The notes under the pieces are model-generated. The model made no database searches. It was given only the letters and a program-made list of their open reading frames with translations, and was not told where the DNA came from. Both the position numbers and the translations under genes were made by a program. A DNA stretch of 64,000 nucleotides from NCBI GenBank assembly GCA_965645245.1, contig OZ287082.1, positions 620,001 to 684,000 of the forward strand, in the 5' to 3' direction. The DNA is from Massalongia carnosa. Its lineage: Eukaryota. Position 1 is the first letter of the stretch, and every line of letters begins with the position of its first letter. Positions 10,937 to 20,843 of the stretch are shown piece by piece.

Positions 10937-11347
10937 TAATAACTGGTAAATTCACGTGTAGATGTTATAGCATGATTGTCATTGAAGGTGATTATCTACT
11001 TATATAGCAGTCACAGAACAGTTACACCTAGGAGCCTAAATAGTCATACTGTAGGCCTCCCATATCTGCCTATTAGGCCCCCTATAGGTGCCTACCAGGC
11101 ACCTCCCGGAACTCATGATGGATGCCTTATCATCTAACAACCCAAGCGTCCTCTTCTTGCCTGAACTGGAACAGCACTTGCTCGAAGGATCCCAAGCGCC
11201 CCCTTCATGCCTGAACTGGAACAGCACTTGCCATAGGACATGACGGTCAGACCTAGGCTCCCATATCTGCTTGTTCTGGTACTCTGCCAGGCACCTCCCG
11301 GAGCTCACGATGGATGCCTATATTGATGGTGGCCTCATCATCTGACA
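10937..11347 (-). mobile_element. 411-bp solo-LTR-like insertion with TG...TA ends, inserted in the LINE
   Basis: Flanked by a CTTTG TSD (10932-10936 / 11348-11352); removing it restores LINE FK-ATLIAIIEAE; second copy at 58677-59108. Confidence 0.85.
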
Positions 11348-11832
11348 CTTTGAAGACTCCAGCTATGGCTCTCAGGCATTTATTTTGTATGATGACTAAT
11401 TTGGTTGTGATGACGTTCGATTTTTGGACCTCTTTTGACATGTGTCATATGATGAATCCGTATGTCATGACCGGTCGAACTACAGCAGTGTATATCTGAC
11501 GGGCTTTGGGAAAGGTGGCGCCCCATGTGGAGGTGGGTATTTATCATTTTTTCCTGTATTTTTCTTTGTGTGTGGTTCCCATTTCAGTTTCGAGCCAATT
11601 TGGATTCCCAGGATTCTGATGTCCGCTTTTGGTTTTATGACGTTGTTTTCTATGTGGATAACCGCGGACATGTTGAATGTCTTTCGCATATGTCTAGTAG
11701 GTCTGCATTGTAGAAGAGATATAAAATAGGAGAAATGAAAGGTCCTTGTGGGATTCCCGTTCTTACTTCGAATGTGCCTATGACTCGGCCGAGAATCGCC
11801 AGGGTAGTGCTTCGTTCGTTCAGGAAGCTATC

Positions 11833-12265
11833 TGTCACGGTTCGACCACCGGCTGGTTCATTGAACTGACGAGAGTACGGCTTCTGCCGGCAAGCTAACC
11901 ACTTTCGTCACTTAATCGAAGATTAAGCGGTCATAGGGGCCGAAAGCTCTGCGGCACTAAAACTTATTCCCGATCACCATCACAAAGCGAGGCAAGAGGA
12001 GGCAAGAAAGGGCAATAAGAGGCAACAAAGGGAAATTTCGGAAGAACACTTCCGAAGCAAACGGATGTTCAAAGCTAGAAGACACTGTTTGATCAAACTG
12101 AACACTTCCGAAGGAAGTAGACAAACAGCTGTGTTGAAGCAAGCAATTATCTATATAGACTTCTAGAGAGGGCTTCCTTTGCTTGTTTCTTTTCTGTATC
12201 TTTGATATTATCAGTTTCATAGCTTCCTAGTCGATAGCCAATCACATCCTAGTTGAACCGTAACA
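11833..12265. mobile_element. Solo LTR (433 bp) inserted in the LINE RT
   Basis: tgtcacggttc...gaaccgtaaca inverted ends; 5-bp TSD CTATC (11828-11832 / 12266-12270). Confidence 0.9.
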
Positions 12266-14480
12266 CTATCTACCCAGTCAGTTATTTATTTTGGAATTTT
12301 CCTTATTTAGAAGATTGTGTATTAATCGTTGACGCGTAACTGTGTCATATGCGCCTGCTACGTCCATGCTTAATATTGTGGCTACTTTGTCGTTGTCTTG
12401 ACCCCGCACTGTGTGAATTTGTTCAGTCAACAATTCCAGAGCAGTTTCGGTTGATCTTCCTCGTCTGGCGCCCATCTGGGTGCCGGGTAGGAGTCGGTGG
12501 GTTTCCGCTACAGTACTCCGCACCTCATCAACTTTTCAATCATTCTATTCAATCAACAATCAACCACGTCATGATGACTGGAATGTCTTGAAATTTTGTA
12601 TAATGATTACATACTTAGTGTGGTAGCAATAGAGGGATTGCGTTAGGGTTTCTGAATGACGAAAATGTCATAGTCCTGAGTGTTTGGGTCGGCTAAGAGG
12701 GGTAACATTGTACTCACTCTGTTATTTCTGAGGTTGTACTGCAATATAGAGAGAGATTTTGTGTCCCTCAAAGGACGTCCATTGAGTCGGCCTGAGAGGT
12801 CGAGGAGGTGTTGATTGGGGTGTTTACACTGGACATCACCGGGGCTGTGGATTCAGCACGGGATCTGAGTAGGGGTTACCTACAATTGATTTTGCAAGGG
12901 CCTTTGTCATGTTTTCTGGGTTCATGATGCCCGTGCCTGCCCAGGTTGATCGTGTTCTTAAGGGAACCGGGGAGGTATCGGAGAGGGGTGCGGTCTTCCT
13001 CTTTTTGCTGTTTGAATTGCTTGGGGTCGGGTTGGTGTTTCACCCTGGAACTGGTAGAATGGAACCCGTTTTTGCATGGCCCTCTCTGCTTTGCGTCTTT
13101 CGACTTTTCTGGTTTCGCAGAATGTGGACCAGGCTTCGTGCCCCTTTTCACTGCATGCAGCACAATTTCGATATCTACCAGTTGTTTCCATGTTGTATTC
13201 GGTGCTAGGATGGGCCCGGCACAGTGACCACAGGCGGCGGGGTTAAGACATAAACGATCTATGTGGCCGTATTTGTGACAATTGAAACACTGCGTCATGG
13301 TACATCCCTTCGTGAATCTTTCACAGTCTTTGATTTCGTAGTCGACCAAGAGGCCCTCGGTTGCGACTTTCATATGTAGGGTGGAGAACGCCTTTTTTTC
13401 CATTATGGCCCTGGTGGACCAGGCTATTTTCTTTATCTGTAGGTCCGGATGCAGGCGTGCGTTAGCAGCCTGCAGGTATTCTATGACCTGCGATTGGTTG
13501 GCGGTTTTGATGTGTTCCACCTTGACCCCCATTTACTCTGACCGAGTACGTTCGGGTCCTAATCGCCGCTGAGTTGGCTATCTTTCGGGTCCATTCCGGC
13601 TTTTCTTGAAGGGCTTTTTTGGCTTCTAAGGATTCGATTGAATTTTGAGGTCACAGCTGATGAGGCGCGACACCCCCGAATTCCCTCCGTCTCTGCTTGT
13701 AGTGCCTCCACGAAGTCTTTCGTGGCGATGCTTTTCAGTTTTTCTCTGTTCATTGGTTTGGACACGATGATGTTGATGTCTCTAACCTTTCGCACTTCTT
13801 GAGGCGAGGGCTCGGAGTGTTTAAGCGGTGTGGATGGCTTGGTGTGGCGAGGGATCGGGGGGGCCCGGCGGCCTGGCCTGGCAGCAGCGGCATAGTTGTT
13901 TGTTCTTTTGGGGACTGCATTCATGCTCTCGATACGCACTAGGCTTTTCTGAATTTCTATGGTGGTGTCATTCAGTGTTGATGTCGTGTTGATGTTGATG
14001 CTAGTGTCTTTGAAATATTCGAGGAACCCATGCACCTCCTTCAGGATCGCAGTCCCTTCCGCCTCCTACATCTATAAGGTAGTAGCTTACCTTTGCTAGC
14101 ACATACTCCCTCTGCTGAGTTGCGTGCTTGCGAACGAGTTTCAGTTTGGTCGTTCGTTTTGTAAATCCCGCTGTGCGATCTTTAAAGTCAACCCATTAAT
14201 TTTAAATCGTAAATCTAAGCAGTAGTAACTGTTTGTTTTGTACTTTTCAAAATTTAAAGAAGTCATGCAGTAAAAGATTTGCGTTTTTTCGCATCGCGTG
14301 CCTGGACAGTTGAATGAAATCAGTAAGGAAGGCAACTCCTCTTCTTAATAAATGAAATATGATTCATCAACAAGGATATTACCGGACTCTAAATCTCTTT
14401 TATCGTTTTATCTTACTCTCATCCTCGTTTTCATCTTGTCACGGTGGTGGCTAGGAAGACCTATCCAGATTAATGACTAT

Positions 14481-14628
14481 CTAGTTCGTGTCAATCTCGT
14501 TATATTGCTACTAAGTATGTTTGGGCTATTGCTCACAGCCCCCGGCCTCGAGAGGGGGACTCGATAAGGGCCTTGCTGTCTACTAATGTAAGACCCTCTC
14601 GCAGGCCTTGGGCTGTGAACAGACTCCC
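14481..14628 (-). repeat. Ngaro repeat B2 (148 bp)
   Basis: Direct repeat of 15024-15171. Confidence 0.95.
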
Positions 14629-14667
14629 TCTATCTAAGCGACAGAAGAACTGGAGTGGGTGGGTGGG

Positions 14668-15023
14668 AAAGAAAACGTTGCAAACAGTGCTATCAAAATG
14701 CTATGCTTTTTGATTGTCTTGAGATGTGAGATGATGAGGGATACCGTCTGGGACCTCCTCTTTATATATCTTCTTCCTATTCTCCTTGTCCTACTCTACC
14801 ATCCCAGTATGCCCCATCAACGCGGCCCATAGCAAGGCATACACAAATCCGAAACCTAACTGTCGTCCGAAGGATCGATGCGGTGCTAAGATCTCTATGC
14901 CGTGCTGAGACATCCTTATGGTGCTGAGACATCTATGCCGTCCGAGAGATCCATGCGGTGCCGAAATCAAAGCGGGAGCTGTCTCGATTAACGACGCACT
15001 AGCTCTCAGCATAGCCGAACTAG
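14668..15023 (-). repeat. Ngaro repeat A2 (356 bp)
   Basis: Direct repeat of 19064-19419; the same 73-aa ORF appears in both copies. Confidence 0.95.
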
Positions 15024-15171
15024 CTAGTTCGTGTCAATCTCGTTATATTGCTACTAAGTATGTTTGGGCTATTGCTCACAGCCCCCGGCCTCGAGAGGGG
15101 GACTCGATAAGGGCCTTGCTGTCTACTAATGTAAGACCCTCTCGCAGGCCTTGGGCTGTGAACAGACTCCC
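15024..15171 (-). repeat. Ngaro repeat B1 (148 bp)
   Basis: Direct repeat of 14481-14628. Confidence 0.95.
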
Positions 15172-15207
15172 AATCCCCAACATGGAACGACCCGCTTGCG
15201 GTGTTGT

Positions 15208-16263
15208 TCAGGACCTAGTGACTGGATTGTGAGGTTCCGTGGGTAATGTTTGAAGGCGTTTTGAGGCGTTAAGAAGGTAAGTGGGGTGGGTTTGTATGTA
15301 AAGCTTGTATGCGTCTGACTTCCATCTTCCTAGCATCTGAATCTCGTCTTCGGTGAGTCCTGCCCGTCGCGCTGTTGTTGCCGCACCTCTTCTGAACGAG
15401 TGGCCAGAGAAATTTCCTATATAGCCCAAGTTCCTTAAGGTGGATTTCATCGCTGTTGTAATGTAGTCTCGAGTGAAGGACTGACCGTTTTTAAAGAGTG
15501 GTGCGGCCGGAGAACTTGGGAATCGCCTATATAAATTTGTAAGAGAAGCTAGTGCACAAGCAACATCGTTGGTAGCCGCAATTGTCAGTGTTATGCCTCG
15601 GCGAAAGGGATCGGTTTTGGAGACTGGTAGAGAGAGCTGTAGGTGATCTGCTTCGAACCTAATAGATTTTCTGGTGAGGTGCCATTGATCAAAGCTTGGG
15701 TCTAGTACATCTTGCGTTGTGTAAGTAAATTCTCCGGCTCGTAAGAAGCCTGCAAACGCTAAGCAGTACGCCGCATGTAAATTTGCGCCTTTCTCTTTCG
15801 TTTGATCAAGACGACTTAGCAATTTGATTAAGATCTCTCTAGTAATTGGTAACCTTTCACGTTTCTCGGCTTCACCGTTCTTTCGCTTTATGCCAGTAAG
15901 GATGCGATCTAACACCGGGTGATGAAATACGTCGAGATTACCGAGGCCCATATCTATCTGGCATGATCTTATGCCCGTCAAGTAGCTCTTAATAGTTTTT
16001 GGTTGCAGGCGTCGTTCACCCAACGCTGCGATCCACGAAGACAGCGTCCGGATGTTGGCTGGAAATGGTGGCGCGTTGAGGTTTACCCTACAGTAAAGAA
16101 CGTATCCCTTTCTTGCCGTTGTGTATAAAGATCTTGTCTTAGTGGCCAGGCCCCACCAGAGGTATCGTGCTGCGATTTCGTCTAGAGGTACCTCACTGTA
16201 CCAAGATGGGGGTGGATCGCGTCCTATATTGCTGAGGGTAGAGCCTGAAACTGAGGGATTTTG
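15208..16263 (-). CDS. Tyrosine recombinase of the Ngaro element (open frame, no ATG near its start)
   Basis: AFAGFLRAGEF (R), SKTDPF (K), SGHSFRRG (HxxR), GRWKSDAYKLYI (W, Y); the frame is open upstream to 16263 (WGLATKTRSLY). Confidence 0.93.
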   Translation of the reverse strand, partial: QNPSVSGSTLSNIGRDPPPSWYSEVPLDEIAARYLWWGLATKTRSLYTTARKGYVLYCRVNLNAPPFPANIRTLSSWIAALGERRLQPKTIKSYLTGIRSCQIDMGLGNLDVFHHPVLDRILTGIKRKNGEAEKRERLPITREILIKLLSRLDQTKEKGANLHAAYCLAFAGFLRAGEFTYTTQDVLDPSFDQWHLTRKSIRFEADHLQLSLPVSKTDPFRRGITLTIAATNDVACALASLTNLYRRFPSSPAAPLFKNGQSFTRDYITTAMKSTLRNLGYIGNFSGHSFRRGAATTARRAGLTEDEIQMLGRWKSDAYKLYIQTHPTYLLNASKRLQTLPTEPHNPVTRS

Positions 16264-17840
16264 TCAGCCAGTTTCTTCAAAAGTCCTCTAGACAAGAGAT
16301 CAGCAATATAATTTTCTTTGGATGATATCCATCGCGCTTCTATCTGGATATCATGTAATGCAGCTAGCATTGTAATTGCCCGCAGGGCATGCATTGCTTG
16401 GCCTCGTATAGAGGTTTTATTCACTCCTTTCGTGACAGCGTAGCTATCACAATAGAGGATTAAATGACTACCCTTGCATATAGGTAGCCACTTTTTCATA
16501 GCTTGAAGAATTGCTGTCATTTCTTTGACGTTGATATGCTTTGCCTTAAGGCGCGTAGTAAAGCGTGTGCTAAAAGCCTGCCGGGCTGCTTGTATATTAT
16601 GCAAATTTTGATCCTCGCTGAGGATAAAGCCGCCCATACCATATGAGCCGGACGCATCTGTCCATATTCTCATAGTATGTCTAGTACGGTTGAGCAGATG
16701 TATGCCATTCCATTTAGGTAGGAAATGATGCCACCATAGAAGATCAGCCCTCATGTCCTTGTTAAGATGGATTAGTTTAGAGGTTACGCTTGCCGTAGCA
16801 TTGAAAAGACGGCGTAGAAAGGCTCTTCCTGGTTTTACCACTCTGGCTGCAAAGCATAAGAATCCTAGAAGAGAGTCGAGTTCCTTCCTGGGTATGGCTT
16901 TTTTATTCAAAGCTGCCGATACTAGGGTCTTTGCTTTTAGTAACTTTTCGGAAGGCAAGCGTGCTTCCATGAGCGCGGTATCGATTTCAATGCCGAGGAA
17001 ATCGCAAGTCGTTCCAGTTCTGTTCTTTTCGAGCTTGATTTTCATGCCAAGATCTTTACAAATGTTGTGGAAAACTTGATCAAACTTTTCAGCATCTGGT
17101 CCGGTGCTGACTATTATTAAAAAATCATCCAAGTAATGAATAGCGTCTTTCCAACCACAGTTGTACAATATCCAGTTGATACCCTTCGCGAACAGATCAA
17201 AAAGGAACGGCGACGTTCTCAGCCCAAAGGGTAAGTATTTATCCATCCAAAAGGAATCCTGCCACTTGAAACCTAGTAACCACCAATCGCTTTTTGCTAC
17301 TGGTATGTGGCGAAAAGCGTCCGCAAAGTCTCTTTTAATAAGAATACACCCTGGCCCGCGTTGCTCAATCAACCTAATGGCTTCGTCGAAGCTGGTATAT
17401 TCCAGGGAGCCCCAGTCTTCCGGTATGTGGTCGTTGACTGAGCTACTCTCCGGATACGATAGATGATGGATTCGCCGCCAACCACCGTTAGCCTTTGGTA
17501 CAAGGCCTAATGGGGAACATATAAAGCAAGAAGGAATGTTGTTGACTTTCTCCAACCGATTACTAGCTATTTGTTCTTCGAGGTCATTGGTAAGAACTTC
17601 CCGTGCCTCATTTGCAGAGGCAAGATTATCGCTAATAATGAGTTGATGTGGTCCTGTATAACCAACTTTGGCACCGTAGGTGATGATATCGATAATTGTT
17701 TGTGTGTAAGTGCGATCCGGGTGATTGGCCAAATGTTTCTCCCAGCCTTCTTTCTTCAATGGGCCCGGTGGGATCTTTGTTAGATTGTCCGTCAAGGTGT
17801 ATGGAAAGGACTCCGCGATGGATAAGAATGGGGCGGTTAG
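16224..17840 (-). CDS. Reverse transcriptase / RNase H of the Ngaro element
   Basis: SPLGLVPK, WRRIHHLS, DFADAFRH, LPFGLRTSP, HYLDDF, WTDASG, HINVKE, NYIADLLSR; in frame with gag across one TGA. Confidence 0.95.
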   Translation of the reverse strand, partial: LTAPFLSIAESFPYTLTDNLTKIPPGPLKKEGWEKHLANHPDRTYTQTIIDIITYGAKVGYTGPHQLIISDNLASANEAREVLTNDLEEQIASNRLEKVNNIPSCFICSPLGLVPKANGGWRRIHHLSYPESSSVNDHIPEDWGSLEYTSFDEAIRLIEQRGPGCILIKRDFADAFRHIPVAKSDWWLLGFKWQDSFWMDKYLPFGLRTSPFLFDLFAKGINWILYNCGWKDAIHYLDDFLIIVSTGPDAEKFDQVFHNICKDLGMKIKLEKNRTGTTCDFLGIEIDTALMEARLPSEKLLKAKTLVSAALNKKAIPRKELDSLLGFLCFAARVVKPGRAFLRRLFNATASVTSKLIHLNKDMRADLLWWHHFLPKWNGIHLLNRTRHTMRIWTDASGSYGMGGFILSEDQNLHNIQAARQAFSTRFTTRLKAKHINVKEMTAILQAMKKWLPICKGSHLILYCDSYAVTKGVNKTSIRGQAMHALRAITMLAALHDIQIEARWISSKENYIADLLSRGLLKKLADKIPQFQALPSAI

Positions 17841-19079
17841 TCATTGCCTTGATGGGAGAGGCATCGAATTTGGGTTAGAGGGTTGATTTTTTCCATTTGT
17901 ACAGTCCATCGCCCGATGTTGCTTTCCACATTTCTCACACACATGTTGGAATCTACAATATACGGGACAGTCTTTGCCATAGTTGTATTTCTTACAGATA
18001 ATCTTTTCGCCTGAGGTTTTGAAAGCCGTAGAATTATCGTCCGGTTTTGCAAAGTAAGCGGACGGTTTCCGCACAAGATGCCTTTCCAAGGAATGGTCCA
18101 TTTCTTTCCATCCATCCGGGTTGTCAATCCCGCGAAAGGCTCGAGATTTGTGGAAATTCAAATGAAAGATGCGAACCGAGTCCCAGGTGTAGAAGGCGTA
18201 TAATGATAGAAGATGGTCCTGATAAGCCATGAAGGCTCTCATCAGGTTTATCTGGAGACCGGGGTGTGCAAAGTGTAGTAGTATCATCCAATATACCCCG
18301 AGACATCGTATCAAATGAACTATCCCTTTGATATCTTTTAAGGAGCCATCTTCTTCTCTCGTGGCGATTTCCAGACCTTCTCCGAGTTTGACGTATCTAG
18401 AGTTGGTTTGAACTCCGTCGATGTCGGTACATAGCTTGGTAATGTTGATTGGGTCAAACGTATTCTCGGAGATTTGCTTTATCCATATGGGCTTGATAGT
18501 GGGATATTCGTTCATAAGAGAAACAAAACGAGGATCCATACCTTCTGTATACAATGAGTTTGGTCGATGCGGTGGAAATGATGTCGGAAATAATAGGGAA
18601 GGCTGTTGAGCTGAGGCTACTGGCCCAGGGACCACGTCTCGGGCACGTGCTTGTTGGGTTTCGATATCCCGCCTAAGACTTACTCTTTCTCTTTCCTCGG
18701 CTTCCCTGCGGGACATTTCGCGTTGTGCTCTAAGTTCAATAATGTCATCAGGGGTGCGAGAACGGGTTTCCGGTATAACAGGCCCTTGTGAGGAGGAATT
18801 AAACGCTGAAGATGGAAGAGGAGAAGGTTGAGGATGGCTTTGAAGGGTTGCCGTGCTGTCTTGTGAGTCGGGTACTTCGACGTCTGGGTTGGAGTTGGCT
18901 AGATTTGCCCTAGCTCTAGTTCTAGTACGGGCTAGAGTGCTGCCTTGTGTGCGGGAGGTAGGCTTGGTGATTCTGTTGGAGATGCGGGTGGCCATTTTTG
19001 GAGGAGAGGGATTTGAATAGAGTAAATTTAAGTGTAGTGGTTGTATAAATTTGAATTGGGTGAAAAGAAAACGTTGCAA
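17841..19079 (-). CDS. gag: Gag-like ORF1 of the Ngaro element (true start possibly the ATG at ~18995)
   Basis: 412-aa ORF with C-terminal CKKYNYGKDC...CRFQHVCEKCGKQHRAMDC zinc finger typical of DIRS/Ngaro ORF1. Confidence 0.85.
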   Translation of the reverse strand: MQRFLFTQFKFIQPLHLNLLYSNPSPPKMATRISNRITKPTSRTQGSTLARTRTRARANLANSNPDVEVPDSQDSTATLQSHPQPSPLPSSAFNSSSQGPVIPETRSRTPDDIIELRAQREMSRREAEERERVSLRRDIETQQARARDVVPGPVASAQQPSLLFPTSFPPHRPNSLYTEGMDPRFVSLMNEYPTIKPIWIKQISENTFDPINITKLCTDIDGVQTNSRYVKLGEGLEIATREEDGSLKDIKGIVHLIRCLGVYWMILLHFAHPGLQINLMRAFMAYQDHLLSLYAFYTWDSVRIFHLNFHKSRAFRGIDNPDGWKEMDHSLERHLVRKPSAYFAKPDDNSTAFKTSGEKIICKKYNYGKDCPVYCRFQHVCEKCGKQHRAMDCTNGKNQPSNPNSMPLPSRQ

Positions 19080-19419
19080 ACAGTGCTATCAAAATGCTAT
19101 GCTTTTTGATTGTCTTGAGATGTGAGATGATGAGGGATACCGTCTGGGACCTCCTCTTTATATATCTTCTTCCTATTCTCCTTGTCCTACTCTACCATCC
19201 CAGTATGCCCCATCAACGCGGCCCATAGCAAGGCATACACAAATCCGAAACCTAACTGTCGTCCGAAGGATCGATGCGGTGCTAAGATCTCTATGCCGTG
19301 CTGAGACATCCTTATGGTGCTGAGACATCTATGCCGTCCGAGAGATCCATGCGGTGCCGAAATCAAAGCGGGAGCTGTCTCGATTAACGACGCACTAGCT
19401 CTCAGCATAGCCGAACTAG
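19064..19419 (-). repeat. Ngaro repeat A1 (356 bp), with a TATA-like TATATAAA
   Basis: Direct repeat of 14668-15023; tttatata at ~19157-19164. Confidence 0.95.
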
Positions 19420-20843
19420 ATAATCACACATGGGCAAAATTAATGAAAAAGCAGCATCGCTCCATAATTCAAGCAGGTACAGATCATAGTGTTTTGACAA
19501 CATGGATGTTATCTTTCAATCATCTTCAGGTGCAAAGTAAGGACGCAGCGAACATTTTAATGCTGTGGGCGTTTCTCGACAATCAAGATCTCTGGTATGA
19601 GCTCTTTGCGTCTGCGCTAGATCATGATATTGTCGGCATGATGCCTGATTGGTATATCAGATGTGCAGGTGATGAACTTGAATTCAAAGACTGCATAGGA
19701 CTACTTTTGGAATATTCCTTCATCGATGCAAAAATTGAATCATCTTCCTTCGTTATGCATCCTGTGCTTCATCAGTGGTCATTTCACGTATTTGAGAAAG
19801 AGAAGACTAATATGAGCTGGCTTGCCATGATTATTGTTGCATCCGCTGTGCCTTTAGAGACTGTGACTAATTATTCTTTCATATCAATACGTCTTCTGCC
19901 ACACTGCGATCGTGTTTTCCCATTACTGAAGCATCGCATACAAGAAAGCTTTGACAACAAGACAGAATCTTTATCTCTTTGCTACGTATGTCATGAATTA
20001 GGTCGTCTGTATGCAGATCAAGGCAAGATGAACAAGACCGAAGAGATGTATCTGCGAGCATTGACAGGATACGAAAAGGCCTGGGGTCCTGAGCACACAT
20101 CAACGCTCGACACAGTCAACAATCTAGGAATTCTGTATGCAGATCAAGGCAAGATGAACGATGCCGAAGAGATGTATCTGCGAGCATTGACAGGATACGA
20201 AAAGGCCTGGGGTCCTGAGCACACATCAACGCTCGACACAGTCAAAAATCTAGGAATTCTGTATAAAAATCAAGGCAAGATGAGCAAGGCCGAAGAGATG
20301 TATCTGCGAGCATTGACAGGAAAGGAAAAGGCCTGGGGTCCTGAGCACACATCAACGCTCAACACAGTCAACAATCTAGGAAGTCTGTATGCATATCAAG
20401 GCAAGATGAACGATGCCGAAGAGATGTATCTGCGAGCATTGACAGGAAAGGAAAAGGCCTGGGGTCCTGAGCACACATCAACGCTCAACACAGTCAAAAA
20501 TCTAGGAATTCTGTATGCAGATCAAGGCAAGATGAACGATGCCGAAGAGATGTATCTGCGGGCACTGACAGGCTACGAAAAGGCCTGGGGTTCTGAGCAT
20601 AAACGATCCTTAGATACAAGATATAATTTAGGAATTTTGTACAAGAAAAAATCTATGTTTGAGGATGCGACACATCACTTCAAGCTTGTTGTACAAGGCT
20701 ATACAAGTACACTAGGATCCGAACACTGGGAGACAATTGATGCCCTGGATCAACTGAAGAGCTACGACTCTGAACAGTTAAACAGATTAACTGATGCATC
20801 TGACACGGATCATGCCTCAAATTATACCACAGAAAACGATTGA
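19420..20843 (+). pseudogene. 5'-truncated NB-ARC/TPR-type fungal NLR (winged-helix linker plus TPR repeats)
   Basis: SVLTTWMLSF, LWAFLDNQD, MHPVLHQW, RLLPHC and 42-aa TPRs (AEEMYLRALTG.EKAWGPEHTSTL.TVNNLG); no P-loop found upstream of the Ngaro element. Confidence 0.82.
20007..20600 (+). repeat. Tandem 126-bp TPR-coding repeats (~4.7 units)
   Basis: ctgtat...caaggcaagatg recurs at 20007, 20133, 20259, 20385 and 20511. Confidence 0.92.

Larger units (their letters stand above)
10380..14040 (-). mobile_element. Decayed, internally deleted Tad1/CgT1-like LINE (ORF1 plus ORF2) with two nested insertions
   Basis: ORF1 zinc knuckles CFNCHKYGHIDRLC and CGHCAG; endonuclease start ILQYNL (~12750); RT motifs LPGTQMGARRGRSTETAL and GIPQGPFISPILYLFY; KCLRAIAGVFK|ATL; KIGLAAFL and the C-terminal CG..QT.KHVIIFC at ~10410-10530. 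Confidence 0.88.
14481..19419 (-). mobile_element. Ngaro-type tyrosine-recombinase retrotransposon, apparently intact
   Basis: On the minus strand the order is A1(19419-19064), gag, RT/RH, YR, B1(15171-15024), A2(15023-14668), B2(14628-14481); no integrase. Confidence 0.95.

Noticed and set aside
15208..16263. Tyrosine recombinase as a Starship captain, Crypton or phage integrase
   Set aside because: It lies with gag and RT/RH inside split direct repeats, which identifies it as the Ngaro recombinase
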